Part shown: in pieces, positions 45,639 to 55,600 of the stretch | Layout of the letters: each line of letters begins with the position of its first letter | How positions within the stretch are numbered: the stretch's first letter is position 1 | From: a candidate division FCPU426 bacterium | Lineage (GTDB): Bacteria > Oederibacteriota > Muellerivitia > Muellerivitales > Muellerivitaceae | Direction: 5' to 3' | Assembly (NCBI GenBank): GCA_963796105.1 | Contig: CAWCKJ010000003.1 | Location: 832,001-896,000, forward strand | DNA: 64,000 nucleotides | Notes under the pieces: generated by a model | Seen by the model: only the letters and a program-made list of their open reading frames with translations | Told to the model about the DNA's origin: nothing | Database searches by the model: none | Position numbers and translations under genes: made by a program

Positions 45639-48600
45639 TTATTGCCATGAAATCAAGACTTGGCCATCCCCGCCTGCTGACACACCTAAATAACCGGGCC
45701 CGCAACCCCCACCGCCGCCACCCGGCGATCCTCCATTAGTGCCTGCTGTATTCGAACCGCCGCCACCTCCGCCACTTCCACCTCCAAAACCCAACCCTGG
45801 ATTTCCTCCCGAACCACCTGAACTTAAACTACCAACAATTCCGGGTGAGCCGTTTGAAGCTCCGGTTCCTCCGGCACCCCCAGCACCCCCCGAGCCGTTA
45901 GTTCCAAAAATTCCGTTATACCCTGCCGTAACCATAACAAGTAATTGGCTCGTGCTAACATTGTATACTGACGAAAAACTTGAATTTATGCAATTGCCGA
46001 GGCCTACAGTCACTGCAATGGTATTGCCAGGAAAAACACTAAATTGATTAATCATATATCCGCCGCCACCTCCGCCACCACCGCCCGAATTACTACTCCC
46101 GGAATAGCCTGATCCACCACAACCACCAGGGCCCCATGCTTGGATTAAAATGGAAGAAACCCCTGCCGGAACGATAAAAGTCCCATTTGAAGTAAAAGTC
46201 AGTGAACCGGGCACGATGGTTGGAGTATTGGTGATGGTGGGGGTTTGGGTTGGCGTTGAAGTCACAGTCGGGGTTGCGGTATTCGTGGGTGTCGCAGTCA
46301 CGGTCGGGGTCGCGGTCGAAGTCGGGGTCGGCGTAGCGGTCGGCAAGGCGACCGTAATGGTCACCCCCAACGCGGCGCCGGTTAAGGAAACGGCCCCACC
46401 GTATATATCCGTCGCGTTAACCCCGGCCACATATGCCGAATAGGTACCGGGCATTACGCTGCTGGAGAAATTATAGACCAGCTGAGAAGTGATAAAGCTT
46501 CCAGGGAAAATAACAAGTGGGTCCACGGGGAGCGTCACTGATCCAGAAGAAAAGTCCCCACCCGAGACTTCCGTTCCCGTGGGAATAGCCTCCAATATCA
46601 CCGAAGAAATCCCCGACAAGCTGCCCGTGGTTGTGCCATTGACGATAAAGCTATTCACTGTCACATTAGAACTGGCACAGTTGTTGGACAACTGAAACTG
46701 CAGCACCGTTACACCGGAGGCACCCGGTATTACCGTTATCGGCGCCGCCCCCCACGGAAAATGGCTGAAACTTACCGGACATGAATTAAGCGTTAAAGAA
46801 TTCGAAGCGTTACCGGTTGTAGAGACCGACATCCCGTTGGCTCCCGTTCCACCGAGAGCGGGGATATCAATAGAGACGGTATAGGTGCTTTTAGTGACAA
46901 TTGTCGAGAAGTTGTAATTCAACATAAAGGTTTGGGCTTCGGCGGGCCCCAAGGTCGTTAAAAAAGGTGAACCCAGGAACTCGCCTCCCAGCCCGGGGTC
47001 ACTAGGATAAGTAAAAAGGCCCCCCCCACTGACGTTCTGCAAACTCGCCGAACTGATACTCCCGGCCGGCGCCGTGTCTGTCCCGCCGAAAAAAATGCTT
47101 TGCAAATTGACCATTTCACCGCTGGTGTTGGTGACCGCGAACTGCAGGATACCCACGGATTGCCCGGAAATGGCGGAGACCGCCCCCCCCAAGGCAATGA
47201 TCTTGACGATCGGCTGGGTGGGGGTCCAAGTCGCGGTATTCGTGAGGGTAACCGTGGGCGTCGGGGTGGCCGTCAATGAAGGAGTGGCAGTCGGCGTGAC
47301 CGTGGGTGTGTTGGTCACCGTCGCCGTGGGCGCCAGAACCGTGTGGGTATTACCATTGATTGGGCCGCCTACAATAACGGCAGTAGTGGATGTATTAGCC
47401 CCAGCCGCAGAAATACCCCCGGCGCTGATCGTATTGAAGAAAGTCTCGCCCCCAAGCGCGCTCAGATTAAACACCAATAACAGGGTTTGGGGCGTTCCCG
47501 GAACAACTTCTAGGATTCCAGCCGCGTTGGTAAAGGCCACAGCGCCGTTTGAGAAGGTCCCGCTGGCCAGTGAACTTCCCCCGCCCGTATAGTAGCCATT
47601 CCCTCCCGTGTCGTCCCCGCTTGTACCAGTGTCCTGGTACAACTGGACGCTTCCCCCGACCACTTCCCCGCTCGTCATGGTTCCACCAAGCCCGAAAGAA
47701 AGCTGGGTCACAGAGACTGGTTCCTGCCCAAACGCCTTCAATACCACTTGAATGCCAGTCACATTGGCCTGGTTGAATATATAAGTCTGGGATACTGGCT
47801 CGTCATTCCACGAGAGAACCAATCGGGGTTGGGGGGTATTGGTGACAGTAGGTGTGTTCGACGGGGTGGAAGTGATCGTTGAGGTATAGGTGGAAGTCGG
47901 CGTAAAGGTCGCGGTGACGGTAGGCGTATAAGTCAGAGTACCGGGAGGAAAAGTGTTTGTGTAAGTCGGGGTTTCTAGGATGGTCACGGGCGTATCGGTG
48001 GGCATGGGCGTTTCAGTGGAAGTTACGGTCAAAGTATTTGTGATTGTATTAGTCATGGTGTTCGTGGGAGTCGCGGTCAAGGTGCCAGGCGGAAATGTGT
48101 TTGTGTAAGTCGGGGTTTCCAGAATGGTCACGGGCGTATCGGTTGGAATAGGCGTAGGTGATAGTGTTGGCGTAGCCGATGGCGTAGGGGTAAGAGTGAC
48201 CGTGTCGGTCACAGTCTCGGTGACCGTCAAGGTCATCGTAGGCGTCATCGAATCCGTCGCTGTAAAAGTGAAAGTCAAAGTCCCCGGAGGAAATGTGTTT
48301 GTATAAGTCGGCGTTTCCAGAATAGTTACTGGCGTATCCGTAGGCAAAGGTGTATCCGTGGAAGTGGGGGTTGGAATCAGGGTGTTGGTATTAGTCGGTG
48401 TGTTCGTCAGGGTCGATGTTAAAGTACCCGGAGGGAACGTGAATGTATAGGTCGGTGTCTCTAGGATGGTCACGGGGGTACTGGTCGGCAAGGGTGAATT
48501 GGTGGAAGTGGCAGTTGGGATAAGCGTATTGGTACTGGTTGATGTGTTAGTCGGAGTGGCAGTCAAGGTGCCAGGTGGAAAAGTGTCCGTATAGGTGGCT

Positions 48601-48728
48601 GTTTCAAGGATAGTGACAGGCTTCGTGACCGTGACCGGCGCGGAAGGGCCTGTGGAATTATTCGAGCAAGCCATGGGCAGGATCGCCGCGATAAGGAACA
48701 TGAAAAGCCAGGTGAATTTTCTCCCCAT
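45639..48728 (-). CDS. Lipoprotein: repeated Thr/Pro stalk, three beta-sandwich-like domains, C-terminal glycine-rich domain
   Basis: Lipobox LPMAC; TPVTILETPTYTxTFPPGTLT repeats; TFTSNGTFIVPAGV..AWGPGG..GGDGQVLISW Gly-rich domain. Confidence 0.85.
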   Translation of the reverse strand: MGRKFTWLFMFLIAAILPMACSNNSTGPSAPVTVTKPVTILETATYTDTFPPGTLTATPTNTSTSTNTLIPTATSTNSPLPTSTPVTILETPTYTFTFPPGTLTSTLTNTPTNTNTLIPTPTSTDTPLPTDTPVTILETPTYTNTFPPGTLTFTFTATDSMTPTMTLTVTETVTDTVTLTPTPSATPTLSPTPIPTDTPVTILETPTYTNTFPPGTLTATPTNTMTNTITNTLTVTSTETPMPTDTPVTILETPTYTNTFPPGTLTYTPTVTATFTPTSTYTSTITSTPSNTPTVTNTPQPRLVLSWNDEPVSQTYIFNQANVTGIQVVLKAFGQEPVSVTQLSFGLGGTMTSGEVVGGSVQLYQDTGTSGDDTGGNGYYTGGGSSLASGTFSNGAVAFTNAAGILEVVPGTPQTLLLVFNLSALGGETFFNTISAGGISAAGANTSTTAVIVGGPINGNTHTVLAPTATVTNTPTVTPTATPSLTATPTPTVTLTNTATWTPTQPIVKIIALGGAVSAISGQSVGILQFAVTNTSGEMVNLQSIFFGGTDTAPAGSISSASLQNVSGGGLFTYPSDPGLGGEFLGSPFLTTLGPAEAQTFMLNYNFSTIVTKSTYTVSIDIPALGGTGANGMSVSTTGNASNSLTLNSCPVSFSHFPWGAAPITVIPGASGVTVLQFQLSNNCASSNVTVNSFIVNGTTTGSLSGISSVILEAIPTGTEVSGGDFSSGSVTLPVDPLVIFPGSFITSQLVYNFSSSVMPGTYSAYVAGVNATDIYGGAVSLTGAALGVTITVALPTATPTPTSTATPTVTATPTNTATPTVTSTPTQTPTITNTPTIVPGSLTFTSNGTFIVPAGVSSILIQAWGPGGCGGSGYSGSSNSGGGGGGGGGYMINQFSVFPGNTIAVTVGLGNCINSSFSSVYNVSTSQLLVMVTAGYNGIFGTNGSGGAGGAGGTGASNGSPGIVGSLSSGGSGGNPGLGFGGGSGGGGGGSNTAGTNGGSPGGGGGGCGPGYLGVSAGGDGQVLISWQ

Positions 48729-49012
48729 TTAAGCCCATTCCGGCGAAGAAGATGAACAAAACTGGGGACAGGCTAAAGGTATTAACAATCCTTCTATATG
48801 AGGTATGTCATAAGCTTAGATAATTAAGTTACTAGCAGTATCATGAAATTGTCTCTAGTTTTATTCGAATGGCGCCTTCACCCAATTGAGAACGCTTCTT
48901 TGAGAATAAACAGTTGATGAACCTTTTTTACAAGGAAGTAACACGAGGGGGTGCCATAAACCAATTCTGAATTCTAAATTTTAAATTGAGGGAGTTTTTT
49001 AAGCCAGACAGC

Positions 49013-49276
49013 TCAACGGACGATGATTTGTCCGGCGGGAGCCTGGGCGGTTCCCTGCTTTGGCGCTTCCTTGGGCTTAGGGGGCATGTTCGGATGTTTA
49101 TAATCCGCCTTTTTGACGGCCTTGGTCGGCCCCGAATAGGGCGGCCTGGTATGAACCCTTTTGTGTTTTGCTGCCAGAGTAGCCTGCGGTGATTTCACCG
49201 AGCCTTCTTCCTGGGCCAAACCCAATGACGTTGCCAGGAATAACCCCGCCACCGCGATCGTGATTATTTTTTTCAT
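49013..49276 (-). CDS. Small basic exported protein
   Basis: AAGGAG RBS, signal peptide (GLA|QE), Lys/Pro-rich mature part. Confidence 0.75.
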   Translation of the reverse strand: MKKIITIAVAGLFLATSLGLAQEEGSVKSPQATLAAKHKRVHTRPPYSGPTKAVKKADYKHPNMPPKPKEAPKQGTAQAPAGQIIVR

Positions 49277-49303
49277 AAAGCTCTCCTTTAGCATATCTTT
49301 CAT

Positions 49304-51847
49304 TTACTTTGAATACACGTTCACGGCGCAAGCGCCACTATCGGCTACATACAGGTTATCAGAAGTATCCACCCACAAGAGTTGGGGATAATTTGCCGCG
49401 TAACCGCCCAAATTGGTTCCCAGTGAATTTGAATAATAAACAAAGTTGTCCTGGCTGGTCGTATAGGTAATGTTGCTGTAAATCGTCGCGTACCAATTAA
49501 AAAACAAGTTCCCCTGCGAATCCACCGCGACACTGGTGGTTGGGGAAGTTTCCGTGACGGGTGAAAAAGCCGTTGGAACACCAAAACCTCTCACATATTT
49601 ATATTGGGGGTTGAATTCATAGATAACATTAGGAAGCGAGTATCCGGCTTCAGCGACATAAATATTCCCGATTGGGTCCACGGCTAAATCGCATGGCTTG
49701 CCATAAAATCCCGTTGTTTGATTCAAAACCGTGTCATTTTCCCAGGAAAGATTTAAAACCGTTCCGCTGAATTGGTCGGTAACCACCAAATTCCCGCTGG
49801 GGTCGATCTTGACTCCGTAGGGATTGATGACAGTTCCCTGTCCCGTCCAAGTGTAATCATAGGTGGCACTGCTGGGTGAAAGGTAATGGCCGACCACACA
49901 TCCGGTAACCGCATAGGATAAACCCCCTAATGAGGTATACCCGTTTAGAGTGGACACATTCACGGCGGAATAAAGCTCCCCATGGTCGTCAATGGCCACG
50001 CCCGTCACAGCCCCTGACGCGTTGGGGATGACCGAGTAAAGCGATACGCCCTGGCTGTTGTAAACAAGGACTGTTGCCCCGCCGTTACTCACGGCGATAT
50101 AACCATTCGCCGCCGCGACACCCATCGGGCAATAGCCGGCTGGCAACAGTATCGAGAGAATTTGGCTACCCAAGGGATAGGCGGTGGGCGTCACCGTAGG
50201 GGATGACGAGGGTGTCGAAGTTTTCGTCGGGGTAGGGGTCGCGGTGTTGAAATTAACAGGCGTAGGAGTATTGGTGTAATGGGCCAAATACGTCAAGGTC
50301 GGGGTGGGAGTCCCGGACGGGGTATAGGTGGCGGAACCGGTGGGCGTGGGCGTCGGACTGTTGGTGATGGTACGGGTGGGCGTGAGGGTGGGGGTGTTCG
50401 TGACGGTAGTGGTTGGAGTAATGGTCGGCGTGGTGTTGAGCGTGATCGTCACATCATCGATCCAAAGATCAAGCCCACTGGTACCGGAAATCTGTACATA
50501 TAGTTTCTGGACATTCGTCCAGGAATTCGGGCGCAGGGCCGCCGTCACTTGGGTCCAATTGGTGGCACTAGCGGCTGTCGTATATTCGGAACGGTTCTGA
50601 CCGTTACTGGTATCGTAAACCTGGATTGTGCCTCCCCTATAGGCGGATACTTTGTAATAAAAACTGATGGTGCTTCCGGGCGGTATCGTGACAGGGGCGT
50701 TGCTGAAATCCAATCCGATATCTGCCGCACCCCCTGCCAAAGGAATAATTGCTTCCAGGGAATCCGGTGAGTTGTTGTAATTGGTTGAATCTAATTGGAG
50801 ATTGGTTCCCAGCGGGCAAGACCAAACCGACCAGCACTGTAGGTTCGTATCCTCGGGGTCGAAGGTGTATGAAGACAGGAAAGCCGCGCTCCCCGGGTAA
50901 CATGCCGTTGGCACCGGCGGTATCACCGTCACGGGCGTGTTGGTGGAAGTAATGGTTGGCGTGATGGTATTGGTATTGGTGGCCGTGTTTGACGGAGTGG
51001 CGGTCAAGGTACCGGGGGGAAAAGTCCAAGTGTAGGTCGGTGTTTCCAGGATGGTTACGGGAGTATCGGTGGGAATTGGTGTATCAGTAGAAGTGGATGT
51101 CAAAGTATTGGTTATCGTATTTGTCAAAGTGTTCGTGGGGGTCGCAGTCAAGGTGCCAGGCGGAAAGGTTGAGGTATAAGTCGGTGTTTCAAAGATGGTC
51201 ACGGGAGTATCGGTTGGCATGGGAGTATCCGTGGATGTCGCAGTAAAACTAATTGTTATGGTATTGGTCAAAGTGTTCGTGGGAGTTGCGGTCAATGTTC
51301 CCGGGGGAAAGGTTGATGTATAAGTCGGCGTTTCCAGTATGGTTACGGGAGTATCTGTAGAAGTAAAAGTAGGAGTTAGGAATGTGGAAGTAGGAGTTGT
51401 AGTAGGCGTGGCGGTCAATGTACCTGGGGGGAAAGTATAAGTATTGGTCGGGGTTTCCAGGATGGTGACGGGCGTATCGGTGGGCATGGGAGTATCCGTG
51501 GATGTCGCAGTAAAAGTAATCGTTATGGTATTGGTCAAAGTGTTCGTGGGTGTCGCGGTCAATGTTCCCGGGGGGAAAGTGTAAGTATTGGTCGGCGTTT
51601 CCAGTATGGTCACGGGAGTGTTTGTAGAAGTAAAAGTAGGAGTTAGGAATGTGGAAGTAGGGGTTGTAGTCTGTGTGGAGGTCAAGGTTCCGGGAGGAAA
51701 GGTCGGTGAGTTAGTGGCTGTGACTAGGACGGTGACGGGTTGGGTGACTGTGACAGGCGAGGAGGGTCCGGTGGAATTGTTCGAGCAGGCGATGGGAATC
51801 ACTGATCCTATAATGAAGATGTAAACCCAAATTGATTTGATTCCCAT
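49304..51847 (-). CDS. Lipoprotein: repeated Thr/Pro stalk, CBM-like jelly-roll domain, NHL-like propeller
   Basis: Lipobox IPIAC; N-terminus paralogous to 48728 (ACSNNSTGPS.PVTVT); LWIDDVTI; PYGVKID, IYVAE, LYVADSG. Confidence 0.85.
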   Translation of the reverse strand: MGIKSIWVYIFIIGSVIPIACSNNSTGPSSPVTVTQPVTVLVTATNSPTFPPGTLTSTQTTTPTSTFLTPTFTSTNTPVTILETPTNTYTFPPGTLTATPTNTLTNTITITFTATSTDTPMPTDTPVTILETPTNTYTFPPGTLTATPTTTPTSTFLTPTFTSTDTPVTILETPTYTSTFPPGTLTATPTNTLTNTITISFTATSTDTPMPTDTPVTIFETPTYTSTFPPGTLTATPTNTLTNTITNTLTSTSTDTPIPTDTPVTILETPTYTWTFPPGTLTATPSNTATNTNTITPTITSTNTPVTVIPPVPTACYPGSAAFLSSYTFDPEDTNLQCWSVWSCPLGTNLQLDSTNYNNSPDSLEAIIPLAGGAADIGLDFSNAPVTIPPGSTISFYYKVSAYRGGTIQVYDTSNGQNRSEYTTAASATNWTQVTAALRPNSWTNVQKLYVQISGTSGLDLWIDDVTITLNTTPTITPTTTVTNTPTLTPTRTITNSPTPTPTGSATYTPSGTPTPTLTYLAHYTNTPTPVNFNTATPTPTKTSTPSSSPTVTPTAYPLGSQILSILLPAGYCPMGVAAANGYIAVSNGGATVLVYNSQGVSLYSVIPNASGAVTGVAIDDHGELYSAVNVSTLNGYTSLGGLSYAVTGCVVGHYLSPSSATYDYTWTGQGTVINPYGVKIDPSGNLVVTDQFSGTVLNLSWENDTVLNQTTGFYGKPCDLAVDPIGNIYVAEAGYSLPNVIYEFNPQYKYVRGFGVPTAFSPVTETSPTTSVAVDSQGNLFFNWYATIYSNITYTTSQDNFVYYSNSLGTNLGGYAANYPQLLWVDTSDNLYVADSGACAVNVYSK

Positions 51848-52022
51848 TACGGCCCCTGAAATTATTAATTAACAAAATCGGCCTCATGTTAAAGGTAACC
51901 GCCAAACCCAGCAAGACAAATGTCATAATTCATCATTACCAAGTTACCACCGGTAACCAGTTAATTTGTGGGGGTTGATCCAAGTGACGCCCTCTCTTAG
52001 TCGAGAGCGCTTACTCACGAAT

Positions 52023-52054
52023 AAAAAAAGGGCCCCGCGAAAAACGGAGCCCTT
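52023..52054 (-). terminator. Probable terminator, degenerate homolog of 45571-45601
   Basis: AAAAAAAGGGCCCCGCGAAAAACGGAGCCCTT. Confidence 0.6.
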
Positions 52055-52227
52055 CCTGAAGCAAAAACCCGGATAGTTAAACCCGGGAATTTATCACTTC
52101 TATTAAAAATTTGTTATAACCACAGGTTCCTTCGGAACCACAAAGGTATAGTAAAATTAAAAAATTCTACTGACTTCAAACCAATAAAGCTTCACAAGTT
52201 TCGAAGTACCACAGTAATAAATACTAA

Positions 52228-52611
52228 TTATTGAAGCGACTTGATCAGCTCGTTCTTCTGGTCCGCGGAAATATCCTTCCCGCTGTTCTGACGCGAGAAA
52301 CCCAAGGCCTTGCGCCGGACTTCCATCAGCTTGATCTTCTTGTCCCTGGCCTCCTGCTTGGTCAACTTCCCCGCTCGGTAATCCTTGGTTACCTGGGCCA
52401 TCTTTTCCCTCAACTGGGTGTTGAAAGCCGAGAAATTAGGTTTTTTGGAAACGGCGTCAGTACCCTTGCTTTGAAGGAAAGTCGGCGTTGTCCTAGGAAA
52501 AGCCTGCTTATTTTGCGCGAAAACCGGGGTGCTTCCCGGAAAAACAGATTTGTTTTGCGCGAAAGCTGGAACTGCCAGGCAAAGCGCCGTAATCATAATA
52601 TATTTTCTCAT
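52228..52611 (-). CDS. Small basic exported protein
   Basis: AAGGAGG RBS, signal peptide AFA|Q, three imperfect F(A/L)QxK repeats, basic helical C-terminus. Confidence 0.75.
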   Translation of the reverse strand: MRKYIMITALCLAVPAFAQNKSVFPGSTPVFAQNKQAFPRTTPTFLQSKGTDAVSKKPNFSAFNTQLREKMAQVTKDYRAGKLTKQEARDKKIKLMEVRRKALGFSRQNSGKDISADQKNELIKSLQ

Positions 52612-52652
52612 CGTATTCCTCCTTGAGTTAATCACAGCCGTCGCGCGACCCA

Positions 52653-55600
52653 TCAATGGGCCACTACAACTTTACCGACCTTGGTTTCCTTGACGCTTTC
52701 GTCATAGGCCTGGAAGGCGTAAATATACAACCCGCTTGCGACCCCCTCGCCGGACTGGTTGTTGAGGTCCCAAACTTGTGTGTGTTTCCCAGGTTCACCT
52801 TGGAAAACCCATTGGCGGACCAACTCGCCCGTCAGCGAGTAAACGCTAAGCGTCAACCCCGCCGTCTTCTTCAAGTTATAGAGGAACTTGACCGGTGTCC
52901 CTGCCTTGGAAAGGCTCGGCGCCGGGATAACTGACGAGATCAGCACCCCAGGGGCGGGAGTCAAGGTACTGGTCGGGGTGCTCTTGGGGCCCTTCACGTC
53001 GTTGGACAATACCCCCGAGGCCGGCATGGCGGAACTTCCGGACGTCGTGGACGGCGTGGCAGTCGGAGTGGACGTTTTGGTCGGCGTCCTGGTCGCGGTC
53101 GGAGTGGACGTCCTCGTGGGCGTGCGCGTCGGCGTGATCGTCGGCGAATTCGTCTTGGTCGGCGTCCAAGTGGGCGTACGCGTCACCGTAGGCGTATTCG
53201 TCTTCGTAGGCGTGGAGGTGTTCGTCCTTGTCGGCGTAATCGTCGGCGAATTCGTCTTGGTCGGCGTCCAAGTGGGCGTCCGGGTGATCGTCGGCGTATT
53301 CGTCTTCGTGGGCGTGTAAGTGTTCGTCCTCGTCGGCGTGATTGTGGGCGAATTCGTCTTAGTGGGCGTCCAAGTGGGCGTACGCGTCACCGTCGGCGTG
53401 AAAGTATTCGTCCTCGTCGGTGTAATCGTAGGCGTGTTGGTGATGGTGTGCGTTGGTGTCGCCGTGAAGGTGTTGGTAGGCGTCTTGGTAGGCGTGGGCG
53501 TGTTGGTTGTCGTCGGCGTATTGGTAGGCGTTGGAGTATTGGTGGCCGTTTTCGTCGGCGTAGGTGTGTTGGTGGCAGTTTGCGTCGGCGACTGTGTCAG
53601 GGTCGATGTCCAAGTCGGCGTCGCAGTCGGCGTCGGCGTTGGAGCCCCGCAGGCGAAGGAACAATTGCCGAATTGCGAAAGAATATCAGACCCGCTGTCC
53701 GACACGAAGAATTGATTGCCCCCAACCGCTATACCCTGAGTGTTCCCAAAAGAACCGTAATACTGGCCGCCCTCAAAGGCGGTCAGGAAATTGCCGCTCA
53801 GGTCAAACACCCCGACGGATCCGAATCCGTCCGTCACGAACACCTCGCAATTGTTTACAGCGATGAAGTTCGCCGTCACGAGCGGCGTCCCCTGAGTCAC
53901 GTTCCAGGAATTCAATAAGGTATAACCGCTCCCTGATGGGCTAAAAACCTGTACCAGGCCAGTTCCGAAATCGGCCACATATACGTTGGAGTTCTGGTCC
54001 AAGGCCACCCCAACAGGCAGGCTGAAGGGAGTCTGCCCATTGGCCACGACGAGAGACCAATTGTCAGTCCCATTTGCCTGATCCAACTGAACCCGTTGGT
54101 TATTCGTGTCAGCCACGAAAACGTTCGTTACGGATCCTGAAATAGTAACAGCAATACCCGAGGGGCCGTTGAAATAGCCCGGCCCTGTCCCAATGCCATT
54201 ACCATACGTTTTATAAGTTGAATATGAGGAGGCGTTGCTGAACTCAAACACCTGGCAATTACCTTGATCGGTGACGTAAACATTGCTTCCTGCATCCAGC
54301 GCGATTCCCATGGGATAACCCAAGGCACCGTAACCAAATGAACCGGTGTAATAACCACCTCCGCTGTAAACGCCTCCATACACGTCAAGATTCAAATCAT
54401 CCGCCGCGAAAAAGTTATTTCCAGCCGGATCTGTGGCAACGCCCTCGAAACCATTGTACCCAAATGCCCAACCCGTTTGACACGAAGCCAAGTTCACCGG
54501 TTTGGGTGTGGGTGTCGGTGTCAATGCCATCGAAGGTGAGGCAAGACCCACCCACACGGAATTCCAGTCTGGATAACCAGGATAACCATCGCTGGCGGTC
54601 CCGCCCAAAAGCCAGGGCATGCCGTTGTAAACCACGGCGCCATAGGAAAGCCCGGCAGGGAAATTTCCCGATTGATGACCCCAGTTATTCGCCACTGGAT
54701 CGTAAATATAAACGTCGTTGTAGTCGGTATAGCCGCCGAAATGGGCCCAAAGCCCGTCGGTCAACCATAATTTGTTGTTGTAGGCGAAAAAGTTGTAATC
54801 CCAGCGCCTAGTGATGCCCGTGTCCCCCACCTGGGTCCAATTCAACCCCGTCGTATCGGACTCCCACAGCACCAAGTCCGTCCCGTTGTCCTGCAAGCCC
54901 CACATGTGCGTCACACCGGACGAGTCCGGCATCGTGGCCACTCCCCCGAACATCGCGGGCAGAGAAATCACCGAACTCCATGCGCTTCCATCTGTCTTCG
55001 TCGAGTAACACTCATCGGGCCCGCTGAACACCCACATAGCGTTGTTAAAGACCGTTCCCACGCAGTCCCCTGTAAACCCGATATTGGCAGTTGGATTGTT
55101 CCATGTTCTTCCATCAGGTGAACTCCAAACATCACTGAAAAACGTATTGTAATTGTCCCCGCCAATCACCCACATCTGCCCGTTATAGTTCAGGCACGCG
55201 TACAACTCCCTCGGGGAATACTTGTTAAAAGGATAATTCATCGGTATCAGGCTCCAATTCACACCGTCTCCCGAACTCCAAACGTCATTGTTGAATTGAT
55301 ACTGCCCCAGCGAGCCTCCCAAGACCCACATCTGGCCCCCGAACGACACAGCCCCGAAATTTGCCTGCGGCTCGAATACCTCGTTCGTCGCCAAATGGTT
55401 CCAACTGCTCCCATTCGCTGGACCGCTAACTGCGGGGGTTGGAGTTGGCGTAGGAGTAGGTTGGCAAGAGCCCACCCACACGGAATTCCAGTCTGGATAA
55501 CCAGGATAACCATCGCTGGCGGTCCCGCCCAAAAGCCAGGGCATGCCGTTGTAAACCACGGCGCCATAGGAAAGCCCGGCAGGGAAATTTCCCGATTGAT

